A DNA stretch of 64,000 nt from Octopus vulgaris. Its lineage: Eukaryota. Below the pieces are notes generated by a model. The model did no database searches. It had not been told where the DNA came from and was given only the letters and a program-made list of their open reading frames with translations. Shown one piece after another: positions 27,001 through 40,099 of this stretch (position 1 is its first letter; every line of letters begins with the position of its first letter). A program made the position numbers and the translations under genes. The DNA lies in NCBI GenBank assembly GCA_951406725.2, contig CATOCA020000001.1, positions 2,604,001 through 2,668,000 of the forward strand, written 5' to 3'.

Positions 27001-30000
27001 GTTCGTTCTGTCTGCATGGCATCTACCTCGCTCTGTCTGTGTTCGTGTGTTCGTTCTGTCTGCATAACATCTACCTCGCTCTGTCTGTGTTCGTGTGTTC
27101 GTTCTGTCTGCATAGCATCTACCTCGCTCTGTCTGTGTTCGTGTGTTCGTTCTGTCTGCATAGCATCTACCTCGCTCTGTCTGTGTACGTGTGTTCGTTC
27201 TGTCTGCATAGCATCTACCTCGCTCTGTCTGTGTTCGTGTGTTCGTTCTGTCTGCATAGCATCTACCTCGCTCTGTCTGTGTACGTGTGTTCGTTCTGTC
27301 TGCATAGCATCTACCTCGCTCTGTCTGTGTTCGTGTGTTCGTTCTGTCTGCATAGCATCTACCTCGCTCTGTCTGTTCGTGTGTTCGTTCTGTCTGCATA
27401 GCATCTACCTCGCTCTGTCTGTGTTCGTGTGTTCGTTCTGTCTGCATAGCATCTACCTCGCTCTGTCTGTGTTCGTGTGTTCGTTCTGTCTGCATAGCAT
27501 CTACCTCGCTCTGTCTGTGTTCGTGTGTTCGTTCTGTCTGCATAGCATCTACCTCGCTCTGTCTGTGTTCGTGTGTTCGTTCTGTCTGCATAGCATCTAC
27601 CTCGCTCTGTCTGTGTTCGTGTGTTCGTTCTGTCTGCATAGCATCTACCTCGCTCTGTCTGTGTTCGTGTGTTCGTTCTGTCTGCATAGCATCTACCTCG
27701 CTCTGTCTGTGTTCGTGTGTTCGTTCTGTCTGCATAGCATCTACCTCGCTCTGTCTGTGTTCGTGTGTTCGTTCTGTCTGCATAGCATCTACCTCGCTCT
27801 GTCTGTGTTCGTGTGTTCGTTCTGTCTGCATAGCATATACCTCGCTCTGTCTGTGTTCGTGTGTTCGTTCTGTCTGCATAGCATCTACCTCGCTCTGTCT
27901 GTGTTCGTGTGTTCGTTCTGTCTGCATAGCATCTACCTCGCTCTGTCTGTGTTCGTGTGTTCGTTCTGTCTGCATAGCATCTACCTCGCTCTGTCTGTGT
28001 TCGTGTGTTCGTTCTGTCTGCATAGCATCTACCTCGCTCTGTCTGTGTTCGTGTGTTCGTTCTGTCTGCATAGCATCTACCTCGCTCTGTCTGTGTTCGT
28101 GTGTTCGTTCTGTCTGCATAGCATCTACCTCGCTCTGTCTGTGTTCGTGTGTTCGTTCTGTCTGCATAGCATCTACCTCGCTCTGTCTGTGTTCGTGTGT
28201 TCGTTCTGTCTGCATAGCATCTACCTCGCTCTGTCTGTGTTCGTGTGTTCGTTCTGTCTGCATAGCATCTACCTCGCTCTGTCTGTGTTCGTGTGTTCGT
28301 TCTGTCTGCATAGCATCTACCTCGCTCTGTCTGTGTTCGTGTGTTCGTTCTGTCTGCATAGCATCTACCTCGCTCTGTCTGTGTTCGTGTGTTCGTTCTG
28401 TCTGCATAGCATCTACCTCGCTCTGTCTGTGTTCGTGTGTTCGTTCTGTCTGCATAGCATCTACCTCGCTCTGTCTGTGTTCGTGTGTTCGTTCTGTCTG
28501 CATAGCATCTACCTCGCTCTGTCTGTGTTCGTGTGTTCGTTCTGTCTGCATAGCATCTACCTCGCTCTGTCTGTGTTCGTGTGTTCGTTCTGTCTGCATA
28601 GCATCTACCTCGCTCTGTCTGTGTTCGTGTGTTCGTTCTGTCTGCATAGCATCTACCTCGCTCTGTCTGTGTTCGTGTGTTCGTTCTGTCTGCATAGCAT
28701 CTACCTCGCTCTGTCTGTGTACGTGTGTTCGTTCTGTCTGCATAGCATCTACCTCGCTCTGTCTGTGTACGTGTGTTCGTTCTGTCTGCATAGCATCTAT
28801 TTCGCTCTGTCTGTCTTCGTGTGTTAGTTCTGTCTGCATAGCATCTACCTCGCTCTGTCTGTGTTCGTGTGTTCGTTCTGTCTGCATAGCATCTACCTCG
28901 CTCTGTCTGTGTTCGTGTGTTCGTTCTGTCTGCATAGCATCTACCTCGCTCTGTCTGTGTTCGTGTGTTCGTTCTGTCTGCATAGCATCTACCTCGCTCT
29001 GTCTGTGTTCGTGTGTTCGTTCTGTCTGCATAGCATCTACCTCGCTCTGTCTGTGTACGTGTGTTCGTTCTGTCTGCATAGCATCTACCTCGCTCTGTCT
29101 GTGTACGTGTGTTCGTTCTGTCTGCATAGCATCTACCTCGCTCTGTCTGTGTTCGTGTGTTCGTTCTGTCTGCATAGCATCTACCTCGCTCTGTCTGTGT
29201 TCGTGTGTTCGTTCTGTCTGCATAGCATCTACCTCGCTCTGTCTGTGTTCGTGTGTTCGTTCTGTCTGCATAGCATCTACTTCGCTGTCTGTCTGTGTTC
29301 GTGTGTTCGTTCTGTCTGCATAGCATCTACCTCGCTCTGTCTGTGTTCGTGTGTTCGTTCTGTCTGCATAGCATCTACCTCGCTCTGTCTGTGTTCGTGT
29401 GTTCGTTCTGTCTGCATAGCATCTACCTCGCTCTGTCTGTGTTCGTGTGTTCGTTCTGTCTGCATAGCATCTACCTCGCTCTGTCTGTGTTCGTGTGTTC
29501 GTTCTGTCTGCATAGCATCTACCTCGCTCTGTCTGTGTTCGTGTGTTCGTTCTGTCTGCATAGCATCTACCTCGCTCTGTCTGTGTTCGTGTGTTCGTTC
29601 TGTCTGCATAGCATCTACCTCGCTCTGTCTGTGTACGTGTGTTCGTTCTGTCTGCATAGCATCTACCTCGCTCTGTCTGTGTTCGTGTGTTCGTTCTGTC
29701 TGCATAGCATCTACCTCGCTCTGTCTGTGTTCGTGTGTTCGTTCTGTCTGCATAGCATCTACCTCGCTCTGTCTGTGTTCGTGTGTTCGTTCTGTCTGCA
29801 TAGCATCTACCTCGCTCTGTCTGTGTTCGTGTGTTCGTTCTGTCTGCATAGCATCTACCTCGCTCTGTCTGTGTTCGTGTGTTCGTTCTGTCTGCATAGC
29901 ATCTACCTCGCTCTGTCTGTGTTCGTGTGTTCGTTCTGTCTGCATAGCATCTACCTCGCTCTGTCTGTGTTCGTGTGTTCGTTCTGTCTGCATAGCATCT

Positions 30001-33000
30001 ACCTCGCTCTGTCTGTGTTCGTGTGTTCGTTCTGTCTGCATAGCATCTACCTCGCTCTGTCTGTGTTCGTGTGTTCGTTCTGTCTGCATAGCATCTACCT
30101 CGCTTCTGTCAGTGTTCGTGTGTTCGTTCTGTCTGCATAGCATCTACCTCGCTCTGTCTGTGTTCGTGTGTTCGTTTGTCTGCATAGCATCTACCTCGCT
30201 CTGTCTGTGTTCGTGTGTTCGTTCTGTCTGCATAGCATCTACCTCGCTCTGTCTGTGTTCGTGTGTTCGTTCTGTCTGCATAGCATCTACCTCGCTCTGT
30301 CTGTGTTCGTGTGTTCGTTCTGTCTGCATAGCATCTACCTCGCTCTGTCTGTGTTCGTGTGTTCGTTCTGTCTGCATAGCATCTACCTCGCTCTGTCTGT
30401 GTTCGTGTGTTCGTTCTGTCTGCATAGCATCGACCGCGCTTTGTCTGTGTTCGTGTGTTCGTTCTGTCTGCATAGCATCTACCTCGCTCTGTCTGTGTAC
30501 GTGTGTTCGTTCTGTCTGCATAGTATCTACCTCGCTTGTCTGTGTTCGTGTGTTCGTTCTGTCTGCATAGCATCTACCTCGCTCTGTCTGTGTTCGTGTG
30601 TTCGTTCTGTCTGCATAGCATCTACCTCGCTCTGTCTGTGTTCGTGTGTTCGTTCTGTCTGCATAGCATCTACCTCGCTCTGTCTGTGTTCGTGTGTTCG
30701 TTCTGTCTGCATAGCATCTACCTCGCTCTGTCTGTGTTCGTGTGTTCGTTCTGTCTGCATAGCATCTACCTCGCTCTGTCTGTGTACGTGTGTTCGTTCT
30801 GTCTGCATAGCATCTACCTCGCTCTGTCTGTGTTCGTGTGTTCGTTCTGTCTGCATAGCATCTACCTCGCTCTGTCTGTGTACGTGTGTTCGTTCTGTCT
30901 GCATAGCATCTACCTCGCTCTGTCTGTGTACGTGTGTTCGTTCTGTCTGCATAGCATCTACCTCGCTCTGTCTGTGTTACGTGTGTTCGTTCTGTCTGCA
31001 TAGCATCTACCTCGCTCTGTCTGTGTTCGTGTGTTCGTTCTGTCTGCATAGCATCTACCTCGCTCTGTCTGTGTTCGTGTGTTCGTTCTGTCTGCATAGC
31101 ATCTACCTCGCTCTGTCTGTGTTCGTGTGTTCGTTCTGTCTGCATAGCATCTACCTCGCTCTGTCTGTGTTCGTGTGTTCGTTCTGTCTGCATAGCATCT
31201 ACCTCGCTCTGTCTGTGTTCGTGTGTTCGTTCTGTCTGCATAGCATCTACCTCGCTCTGTCTGTGTACGTGTGTTCGTTCTGTCTGCATAGCATCTACCT
31301 CGCTCTGTCTGTGTACGTGTGTTCGTTCTGTCTGCATAGCATCTACCTCGCTCTGTCTGTGTTCGTGTGTTCGTTCTGTCTGCATAGCATCTACCTCGCT
31401 CTGTCTGTGTTCGTGTGTTCGTTCTGTCTGCATAGCATCTACCTCGCTCTGTCTGTGTTCGTGTGTTCGTTCTGTCTGCATAGCATCTACCTCGCTCTGT
31501 CTGTGTTCGTGTGTTCGTTCTGTCTGCATAGCATCTACCTCGCTCTGTCTGTGTTCGTGTGTTCGTTCTGTCTGCATAGCATCTACCTCGCTCTGTCTGT
31601 GTTCGTGTGTTCGTTCTGTCTGCATAGCATCTACCTCGCTCTGTCTGTGTTCGTGTGTTCGTTCTGTCTGCATAGCATCTACCTCGCTCTGTCTGTGTTC
31701 GTGTGTTCGTTCTGTCTGCATAGCATCTACCTCGCTCTGTCTGTGTTCGTGTGTTCGTTCTGTCTGCATAGCATCTACCTCGCTCTGTCTGTGTTCGTGT
31801 GTTCGTTCTGTCTGCATAGCATCTACCTCGCTCTGTCTGTGTTCGTGTGTTCGTTCTGTCTGCATAGCATCTACCTCGCTCTGTCTGTGTTCGTGTGTTC
31901 GTTCTGTCTGCATAGCATCTACCTCGCTCTGTCTGTGTTCGTGTGTTCGTTCTGTCTGCATAGCATCTACCTCGCTCTGTCTGTGTTCGTGTGTTCGTTC
32001 TGTCTGCATAGCATCTACCTCGCTCTGTCTGTGTTCGTGTGTTCGTTCTGTCTGCATAGCATCTACCTCGCTCTGTCTGTGTTCGTGTGTTCGTTCTGTC
32101 TGCATAGCATCTACCTCGCTCTGTCTGTGTTCGTGTGTTCGTTCTGTCTGCATAGCATCTACCTCGCTCTGTCTGTGTTCGTGTGTTCGTTCTGTCTGCA
32201 TAGCATCTACCTCGCTCTGTCTGTGTTCGTGTGTTCGTTCTGTCTGCATAGCATCTACCTCGCTCTGTCTGTGTTCGTGTGTTCGTTCTGTCTGCATAGC
32301 ATCTACCTCGCTCTGTCTGTGTTCGTGTGTTCGTTCTGTCTGCATAGCATCTACCTCGCTCTGTCTGTGTACGTGTGTTCGTTCTGTCTGCATAGCATCT
32401 ACCTCGCTCTGTCTGTGTTCGTGTGTTCGTTCTGTCTGCATAGCATCACCGCGCATGTATGTGTTCGTGTGTTCGTTCTGTCTGCATAGCATCTACCTCG
32501 CTCTGTCTGTGTTCGTGTGTTCGTTCTGTCTGCATAGCATCTACCTCGCTCTGTCTGTGTTCGTGTGTTCGTTCTGTCTGCATAGCATCTACCTCGCTCT
32601 GTCTGTGTTCGTGTGTTCGTTCTGTCTGCATAGCATCTACCTCGCTCTGTCTGTGTTCGTGTGTTCGTTCTGTCTGCATAGCATCTACCTCGCTCTGTCT
32701 GTGTTCGTGTGTTCGTTCTGTCTGCATAGCATCTACCTCGCTCTGTCTGTGTTCGTGTGTTCGTTCTGTCTGCATAGCATCTACCTCGCTCTGTCTGTGT
32801 TCGTGTGTTCGTTCTGTCTGCATAGCATCTACCTCGCTCTGTCTGTGTTCGTGTGTTCGTTCTGTCTGCATAGCATCTACCTCGCTCTGTCTGTGTTCGT
32901 GTGTTCGTTCTGTCTGCATAGCATCTACCTCGCTCTGTCTGTGTTCGTGTGTTCGTTCTGTCTGCATAGCATCTACCTCGCTCTGTCTGTGTTCGTGTGT

Positions 33001-36000
33001 TCGTTCTGTCTGCATAGCATCTACCTCGCTCTGTCTGTGTTCGTGTGTTCGTTCTGTCTGCATAGCATCTACCTCGCTCTGTCTGTGTTCGTGTGTTCGT
33101 TCTGTCTGCATAGCATCTACCTCGCTCTGTCTGTGTTCGTGTGTTCGTTCTGTCTGCATAGCATCTACCTCGCTCTGTCTGTGTTCGTGTGTTCGTTCTG
33201 TCTGCATAGCATCTACCTCGCTCTGTCTGTGTTCGTGTGTTCGTTCTGTCTGCATAGCATCTACCTCGCTCTGTCTGTGTTCGTGTGTTCGTTCTGTCTG
33301 CATAGCATCTACCTCGCTCTGTCTGTGTTCGTGTGTTCGTTCTGTCTGCATAGCATCTACCTCGCTCTGTCTGTGTTCGTGTGTTCGTTCTGTCTGCATA
33401 GCATCTACCTCGCTCTGTCTGTGTTCGTGTGTTCGTTCTGTCTGCATAGCATCTACCTCGCTCTGTCTGTGTTCGTGTGTTCGTTCTGTCTGCATAGCAT
33501 CTACCTCGCTCTGTCTGTGTTCGTGTGTTCGTTCTGTCTGCATAGCATCTACCTCGCTCTGTCTGTGTTCGTGTGTTCGTTCTGTCTGCATAGCATCTAC
33601 CTCGCTCTGTCTGTGTTCGTGTGTTCGTTCTGTCTGCATAGCATCTACCTCGCTCTGTCTGTGTTCGTGTGTTCGTTCTGTCTGCATAGCATCTACCTCG
33701 CTCTGTCTGTGTACGTGTGTTCGTTCTGTCTGCATAGCATCGACCGCGCTTTGTCTGTGTTCGTGTGTTCGTTCTGTCTGCATAGCATCTACCTCGCTCT
33801 GTCTGTGTTCGTGTGTTCGTTCTGTCTGCATAGCATCTACCTCGCTCTGTCTGTGTTCGTGTGTTCGTTCTGTCTGCATAGCATCTACCTCGCTCTGTCT
33901 GTGTTCGTGTGTTCGTTCTGTCTGCATAGCATCTACCTCGCTCTGTCTGTGTTCGTGTGTTCGTTCTGTCTGCATAGCATCTACCTCGCTCTGTCTGTGT
34001 TCGTGTGTTCGTTCTGTCTGCATAGCATCTACCTCGCTCTGTCTGTGTTCGTGTGTTCGTTCTGTCTGCATAGCATCTACCTCGCTCTGTCTGTGTTCGT
34101 GTGTTCGTTCTGTCTGCATAGCATCTACCTCGCTCTGTCTGTGTTCGTGTGTTCGTTCTGTCTGCATAGCATCGACCGCGCTTTGTCAGTGTTCGTGTGT
34201 TCGTTCTGTCTGCATAGCATCTACCTCGCTCTGTCTGTGTTCGTGTGTTCGTTCTGTCTGCATAGCATCGACCGCGCATTGTATGTGTTCGTGCGTTCGT
34301 TCTGTCTGCATAGCATCTACCTCGCTCTGTCTGTGTTCGTGTGTTCGTTCTGTCTGCATAGCATCTACCTCGCTCTGTCTGTGTACGTGTGTTCGTTCTG
34401 TCTGCATAGCATCGACCGCGCATTGTATGTGTTCGTGCGTTCGTTCTGTCTGCATAGCATCTACCTCGCTCTGTCTGTGTTCGTGTGTTCGTTCTGTCTG
34501 CATAGCATCTACCTCGCTCTGTCTGTGTTCGTGTGTTCGTTCTGTCTGCATAGCATCTACCTCGCTCTGTCTGTGTTCGTGTGTTCGTTCTGTCTGCATA
34601 GCATCGACCGCGCTTTGTCTGTGTTCGTGTGTTCGTTCTGTCTGCATAGCATCTACCTCGCTCTGTCTGTGTTCGTGTGTTCGTTCTGTCTGCATAGCAT
34701 CTACCTCGCTCTGTCTGTGTTCGTGTGTTCGTTCTGTCTGCATAGCATCTACCTCGCTCTGTCTGTGTTCGTGTGTTCGTTCTGTCTGCATAGCATCTAC
34801 CTCGCTCTGTCTGTGTTCGTGTGTTCGTTCTGTCTGCATAGCATCTACCTCGCTCTGTCTGTGTTCGTGTGTTCGTTCTGTCTGCATAGCATCTACCTCG
34901 CTCTGTCTGTGTTCGTGTGTTCGTTCTGTCTGCATAGCATCTACCTCGCTCTGTCTGTGTTCGTGTGTTCGTTCTGTCTGCATAGCATCTTCCTCGCTCT
35001 GTCTGTGTACGTGTGTTCGTTCTGTCTGCATAGCATCTACCTCGCTCTGTCTGTGTACGTGTGTTCGTTCTGTCTGCATAGCATCTACCTCGCTCTGTCT
35101 GTGTACGTGTGTTCGTTCTGTCTGCATAGCATCTACCTCGCTGTCTGTGTTCGTGTGTTCGTTCTGTCTGCATAGCATCTACCTCGCTCTGTCTGTGTTC
35201 GTGTGTTCGTTCTGTCTGCATAGCATCTACCTCGCTCTGTCTGTGTTCGTGTGTTCGTTCTGTCTGCATAGCATCTACCTCGCTTTGTCTGTGTTTGTGT
35301 TTTCGTTCTGTCTGCATAGCATCTACCTCGCTCTGTCTGTGTTCGTGTGTTCGTTCTGTCTGCATAGCATCTACCTCGCTTTGTCTGTGTTACGTGTGTT
35401 CGTTCTGTCTGCATAGCATCTACCTCGCTCTGTCTGTGTACGTGTGTTCGTACTGTCTGCATAGCATCTACCTCGCTTTGTCTGTGTACGTGTGTTCGTT
35501 CTGTCTGCATAGCATCTACCTCGCTCTGTCTGTGTTCGTGTGTTCGTTCTGTCTGCATAGCATCTACCTCGCTCTGTCTGTGTTCGTGTGTTCGTTCTGT
35601 CTGCATAGCATCTACCTCGCTCTGTCTGTGTTCGTGTGTTCGTTCTGTCTGCATAGCATCTACCTAGCTCTGTCTGTGTTCGTGTGTTCGTTCTGTCTGC
35701 ATAGCATCTACCTCGCTCTGTATGTGTTCGTGTGTTCGTTCTGTCTGCATAGCATCTACCTCGCTTTGTCTGTGTTCGTGTGTTCGTTCTGTCTGCATAG
35801 CATATACCTCGCTCTGTCTGTGTTCGTGTGTTCGTTCTGTCTGCATAGCATCTACCTCGCTCTGTCTGTGTTCGTGTGTTCGTTTTGTCTGCATAGCATC
35901 TACCTCGCTCTGTCTGTGTTCGTGTGTTCGTTCTGTCTGCATAGCATCTACCTCGCTCTGTCTGTGTTCGTGTGTTCGTTCTGTCTGCATAGCATCTACC

Positions 36001-39000
36001 TCGCTCTGTCTGTGTTCGTGTGTTCGTTCTGTCTGCATAGCATCTACCTCGCTCTGTCTGTGTTCGTGTGTTCGTTCTGTCTGCATAGCATCTACCTCGC
36101 TCTGTCTGTGTTCGTGTGTTCGTTCTGTCTGCATAGCATCTACCTCGCTCTGTCTGTGTTCGTGTGTTCGTTCTGTCTGCATAGCATCTACCTCGCTCTG
36201 TCTGTGTTCGTGTGTTCGTTCTGTCTGCATAGCATCTACCTCGCTTTGTCTGTGTTTGTGTGTTCGTTCTGTCTGCATAGCATCGACCTCGCTCTGTCTG
36301 TGTTCGTGTGTTCGTTCTGTCTGCATAGCATCTACCTCGCTCTGTCTGTGTTCGTGTGTTCGTTCTGTCTGCATAGCATCTACCTCGCTCTGTCTGTGTT
36401 CGTGTGTTCGTTCTGTCTGCATAGCATCTACCTCGCTCTGTCTGTGTTCGTGTGTTCGTTTTGTCTGCATAGCATCTACCTCGCTCTGTCTGTGTTCGTG
36501 TGTTCGTTTTGTCTGCATAGCATCGACCTCGCTCTGTCTGTGTTCGTGTGTTCGTTCTGTCTGCATAGCATCTACCTCGCTCTGTCTGTGTTCGTGTGTT
36601 CGTTCTGACTGCATAGCATCTACCTCGCTCTGTCTGTGTTCGTGTGTTCGTTCTGTCTGCATAGCATCTACCTCGCTCTGTCTGTGTTCGTGTGTTCGTT
36701 CTGTCTGCATAGCATCTACCTCGCTCTGTCTGTGTTCGTGTGTTCGTTCTGTCTGCATAGCATCTACCTCGCTCTGTCTGTGTTCGTGTGTTCGTTCTGT
36801 CTGCATAGCATCTACCTCGCTCTGTCTGTGTACGTGTGTTCGTTCTGTCTGCATAGCATCTACCTCGCTCTGTCTGTGTTCGTGTGTTCGTTCTGTCTGC
36901 ATAGCATCTACCTCGCTCTGTCTGTGTTCGTGTGTTCGTTCTGTCTGCATAGCATCTACCTCGCTCTGTCTGTGTTCGTGTGTTCGTTCTGTCTGCATAG
37001 CATCTACCTCGCTCTGTCTGTGTTCGTGTGTTCGTTCTGTCTGCATAGCATCTACCTCGCTCTGTCTGTGTTCGTGTGTTCGTTCTGTCTGCATAGCATC
37101 TACCTCGCTCTGTCTGTGTTCGTGTGTTCGTTCTGTCTGCATAGCATCTACCTCGCTCTGTCTGTGTTCGTGTGTTCGTTCTGTCTGCATAGCATCTACC
37201 TCGCTCTGTCTGTGTTCGTGTGTTCGTTCTGTCTGCATAGCATCTACCTCGCTCTGTCTGTGTTCGTGTGTTCGTTCTGTCTGCATAGCATCTACCTCGC
37301 TCTGTCTGTGTTCGTGTGTTCGTTCTGTCTGCATAGCATCTACCTCGCTCTGTCTGTGTTCGTGTGTTCGTTCTGTCTGCATAGCATCTACCTCGCTCTG
37401 TCTGTGTTCGTGTGTTCGTTCTGTCTGCATAGCATCTACCTCGCTCTGTCTGTGTTCGTGTGTTCGTTCTGTCTGCATAGCATCTACCTCGCTCTGTCTG
37501 TGTTCGTGTGTTCGTTCTGTCTGCATAGCATCTACCTCGCTCTGTCTGTGTTCGTGTGTTCGTTCTGTCTGCATAGCATCTACCTCGCTCTGTCTGTGTT
37601 CGTGTGTTCGTTCTGTCTGCATAGCATCTACCTCGCTCTGTCTGAGTACGTGTGTTCGTTCTGTCTGCATAGCATCTACCTCGCTCTGTCTGTGTTCGTG
37701 TGTTCGTTCTGTCTGCATAACATCTACCTCGCTCTGTCTGTGTTCGTGTGTTCGTTCTGTCTGCATAGCATCTACCTCGCTCTGTCTGTGTTCGTGTGTT
37801 CGTTCTGTCTGCATAGCATCTACCTCGCTCTGTCTGTGTTCGTGTGTTCGTTCTGTCTGCATAGCATCTACCTCGCTCTGTCTGTGTTCGTGTGTTCGTT
37901 CTGTCTGCATAGCATCTACCTCGCTTTGTCTGTGTTCGTGTGTTCGTTCTGTCTGCATAGCATCTACCTCGCTTTGTCTGTGTTCGTGTGTTCGTTCTGT
38001 CTGCATAGCATCTACCTCGCTCTGTCTGTGTACGTGTGTTCGTTTTGTCTGCATAGCATCTACCTCGCTCTGTCTGTGTTACGTGTGTTCGTTCTGTCTG
38101 CATAGCATCTACCTCGCTCTGTCTGTGTTCGTGTGTTCGTTCTGTCTGCATAGCATCTACCTCGCTTTGTCTGTGTTCGTGTGTTCGTTCTGTCTGCATA
38201 GCATCTACCTCGCTCTGTCTGTGTACGTGTGTTCGTTTTGTCTGCATAGCATCTACCTCGCTCTGTCTGTGTTCGTGTGTTCGTTCTGTCTGCATAGCAT
38301 CTACCTCGCTTTGTCTGTGTTCGTGTGTTCGTTCTGTCTGCATAGCATCTACCTCGCTCTGTCTGTGTTCGTGTGTTCGTTCTGTCTGCATAGCATCTAC
38401 CTCGCTCTGTCTGTGTTCGTGTGTTCGTTCTGTCTGCATAGCATCTACCTCGCTCTGTCTGTGTTCGTGTGTTCGTTCTGTCTGCATAGCATCTACCTCG
38501 CTCTGTCTGTGTTCGTGTGTTCGTTTTGTCTGCATAGCATCTACCTCGCTCTGTCTGTGTTCGTGTGTTCGTTCTGTCTGCATAGCATCTACCTCGCTCT
38601 GTCTGTGTTCGTGTGTTCGTTCTGTCTGCATAGCATCTACCTCGCTTTGTCTGTGTTCGTGTGTTCGTTCTATCTGCATAGCATCTACCTCGCTTTGTCT
38701 GTGTTCGTGTGTTCGTTCTGTCTGCATAGCATCTACCTCGCTGTGTCTGTGTTCGTGTGTTCGTTCTGTCTGCATAGCATCTACCTCGCTCTGTCTGTGT
38801 ACGTGTGTTCGTTTTGTCTGCATAGCATCTACCTCGCTCTGTCTGTGTTCGTGTGTTCGTTCTGTCTGCATAGCATCTACCTCGCTCTGTCTGTGTACGT
38901 GTGTTCGTTCTGTCTGCATAGCATCTACCTCGCTCTGTCTGTGTTCGTGTGTTCGTTCTGTCTGCATAGCATCTACCTCGCTCTGTCTGTGTTCGTGTGT

Positions 39001-39287
39001 TCGTTCTGTCTGCATAGCATCTACCTCGCTCTGTCTGTGTTCGTGTGTTCGTTCTGTCTGCATAGCATCTACCTCGCTCTGTCTGTGTTCGTGTGTTCGT
39101 TCTGTCTGCATAGCATCTACCTCGCTCTGTCTGTGTTCGTGTGTTCGTTCTGTCTGCATAGCATCTACCTCGCTCTGTCTGTGTTCGTGTGTTCGTTCTG
39201 TCTGCATAGCATCTACCTCCCTCTGTCTGTGTTCGTGTGTTCGTTCTGTCTGCATAGCATCTACCTCGCTCTGTCTGTGTACGTGTG
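1..39287. repeat. 48-bp tandem satellite array (~820 monomers; continues beyond the left window edge)
   Basis: Consensus CTGCATAGCATCTACCTCGCTCTGTCTGTGTTCGTGTGTTCGTTCTGT is repeated head-to-tail in one orientation with scattered substitutions and small indels. The monomer has 4 A, 20 T, 13 C, 11 G and 3 CpG, with internal sub-repeats TGTGTTCG x2, TCTGTCTG x2 and GCATAGCAT. Confidence 0.99.
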
Positions 39288-40099
39288 ACTGCGCATGCGT
39301 TAACGTGTGACTGCGCATGCGCGAAAGTGTGAGTGCGCATGCGCGAAATTGTGACTGTGCATGCTCGAACGTGTGAATGCGCATGCGCGAAAGTGTGAGT
39401 GCGCATGCGCGAAAGTGTAACTGCGCATACGCGAAAGTGTGACTGCACAAGCGTTAACGTGTGACAGCGCATGCGCGAACGTGTGACTGCGCATGCGCGA
39501 AAATGTGAGTGCGCATGCGCAAAGGTGAGACTGCGCATGCGCGAACATGTGACTGCGCTTGCGCGAAAGTGTGACTGCGCATGCGCGAAAGTGTGAATGC
39601 GCATGCGCGAACGTGCGAGTGCACATGCGCGAAAGTGTAACGCCGCATGCACGAAAGTGTGACCGCGAATGCGTTAACGTGCGAATGCGCATGCGCGAAA
39701 GCGTGAGTGCGCATGCGCAAAAGTGTTACTGCGCATGCGTTAACGTGTGAATGTGCATGCGTGAAAGTGTGAATGCGCATGCGCGAACATGTGAATGCGC
39801 ATGCGCGAACGTGTGACTGCGCATGCGCGAAAGTGTGAATGCGCAAGTGCGAACGTGTGACTGCGCATACGCGAACGTATGACTGCGCATATCGGGAACG
39901 TGTGAGTGCGCATGCTTGAACGTGACTGCGCATGCGCGAAAGTGTGAATGCGCATGCGTTAACGTGTGACTGCGCATGCGTGAACGTGTGAATGCGCATG
40001 CGCGAAAGTTGAGTGCGCATGCGCGAAAGTGTGACTGCGCATGCGCGAAATTGTGACTGGGCATGCGCGAACGTGTGCGTGCGCATGCGCGAACGTGTG
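39281..40099. repeat. 22-bp tandem minisatellite (~37 units) with palindromic GCGCATGCGC core
   Basis: Consensus is about GTGTGACTGCGCATGCGCGAAA/GAAC, moderately diverged. It joins the 48-bp array through a shared ACGTGTG at 39281-39287. Confidence 0.97.

Noticed and set aside
25150-35400. Cluster of 1-2 bp indel monomers (e.g. ~25155, 25542, 29285, 30104, 30175, 30536, 32447) as biological variants
   Set aside because: Most are singletons in otherwise homogeneous sequence and are equally explained by long-read consensus error; they were not used as evidence.
1-39287. CRISPR array interpretation of the regular repeat
   Set aside because: There are no unique spacers, monomers are contiguous, no cas genes are present, and the context is eukaryotic.
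1-39287. CENP-B box in the monomer (TTCG words)
   Set aside because: Only TTCG matches; the downstream A and CGGG positions of the 17-bp box are absent.
12-39652. Dozens of very long ORFs (up to 1845 aa) with 16-aa repeats such as [48 protein letters not shown] and [16 protein letters not shown]
   Set aside because: The monomer length is a multiple of 3 and has only one stop per strand, so four of six frames are open automatically. ORFs overlap on both strands, switch frame at random indels, and show no preference for synonymous changes.
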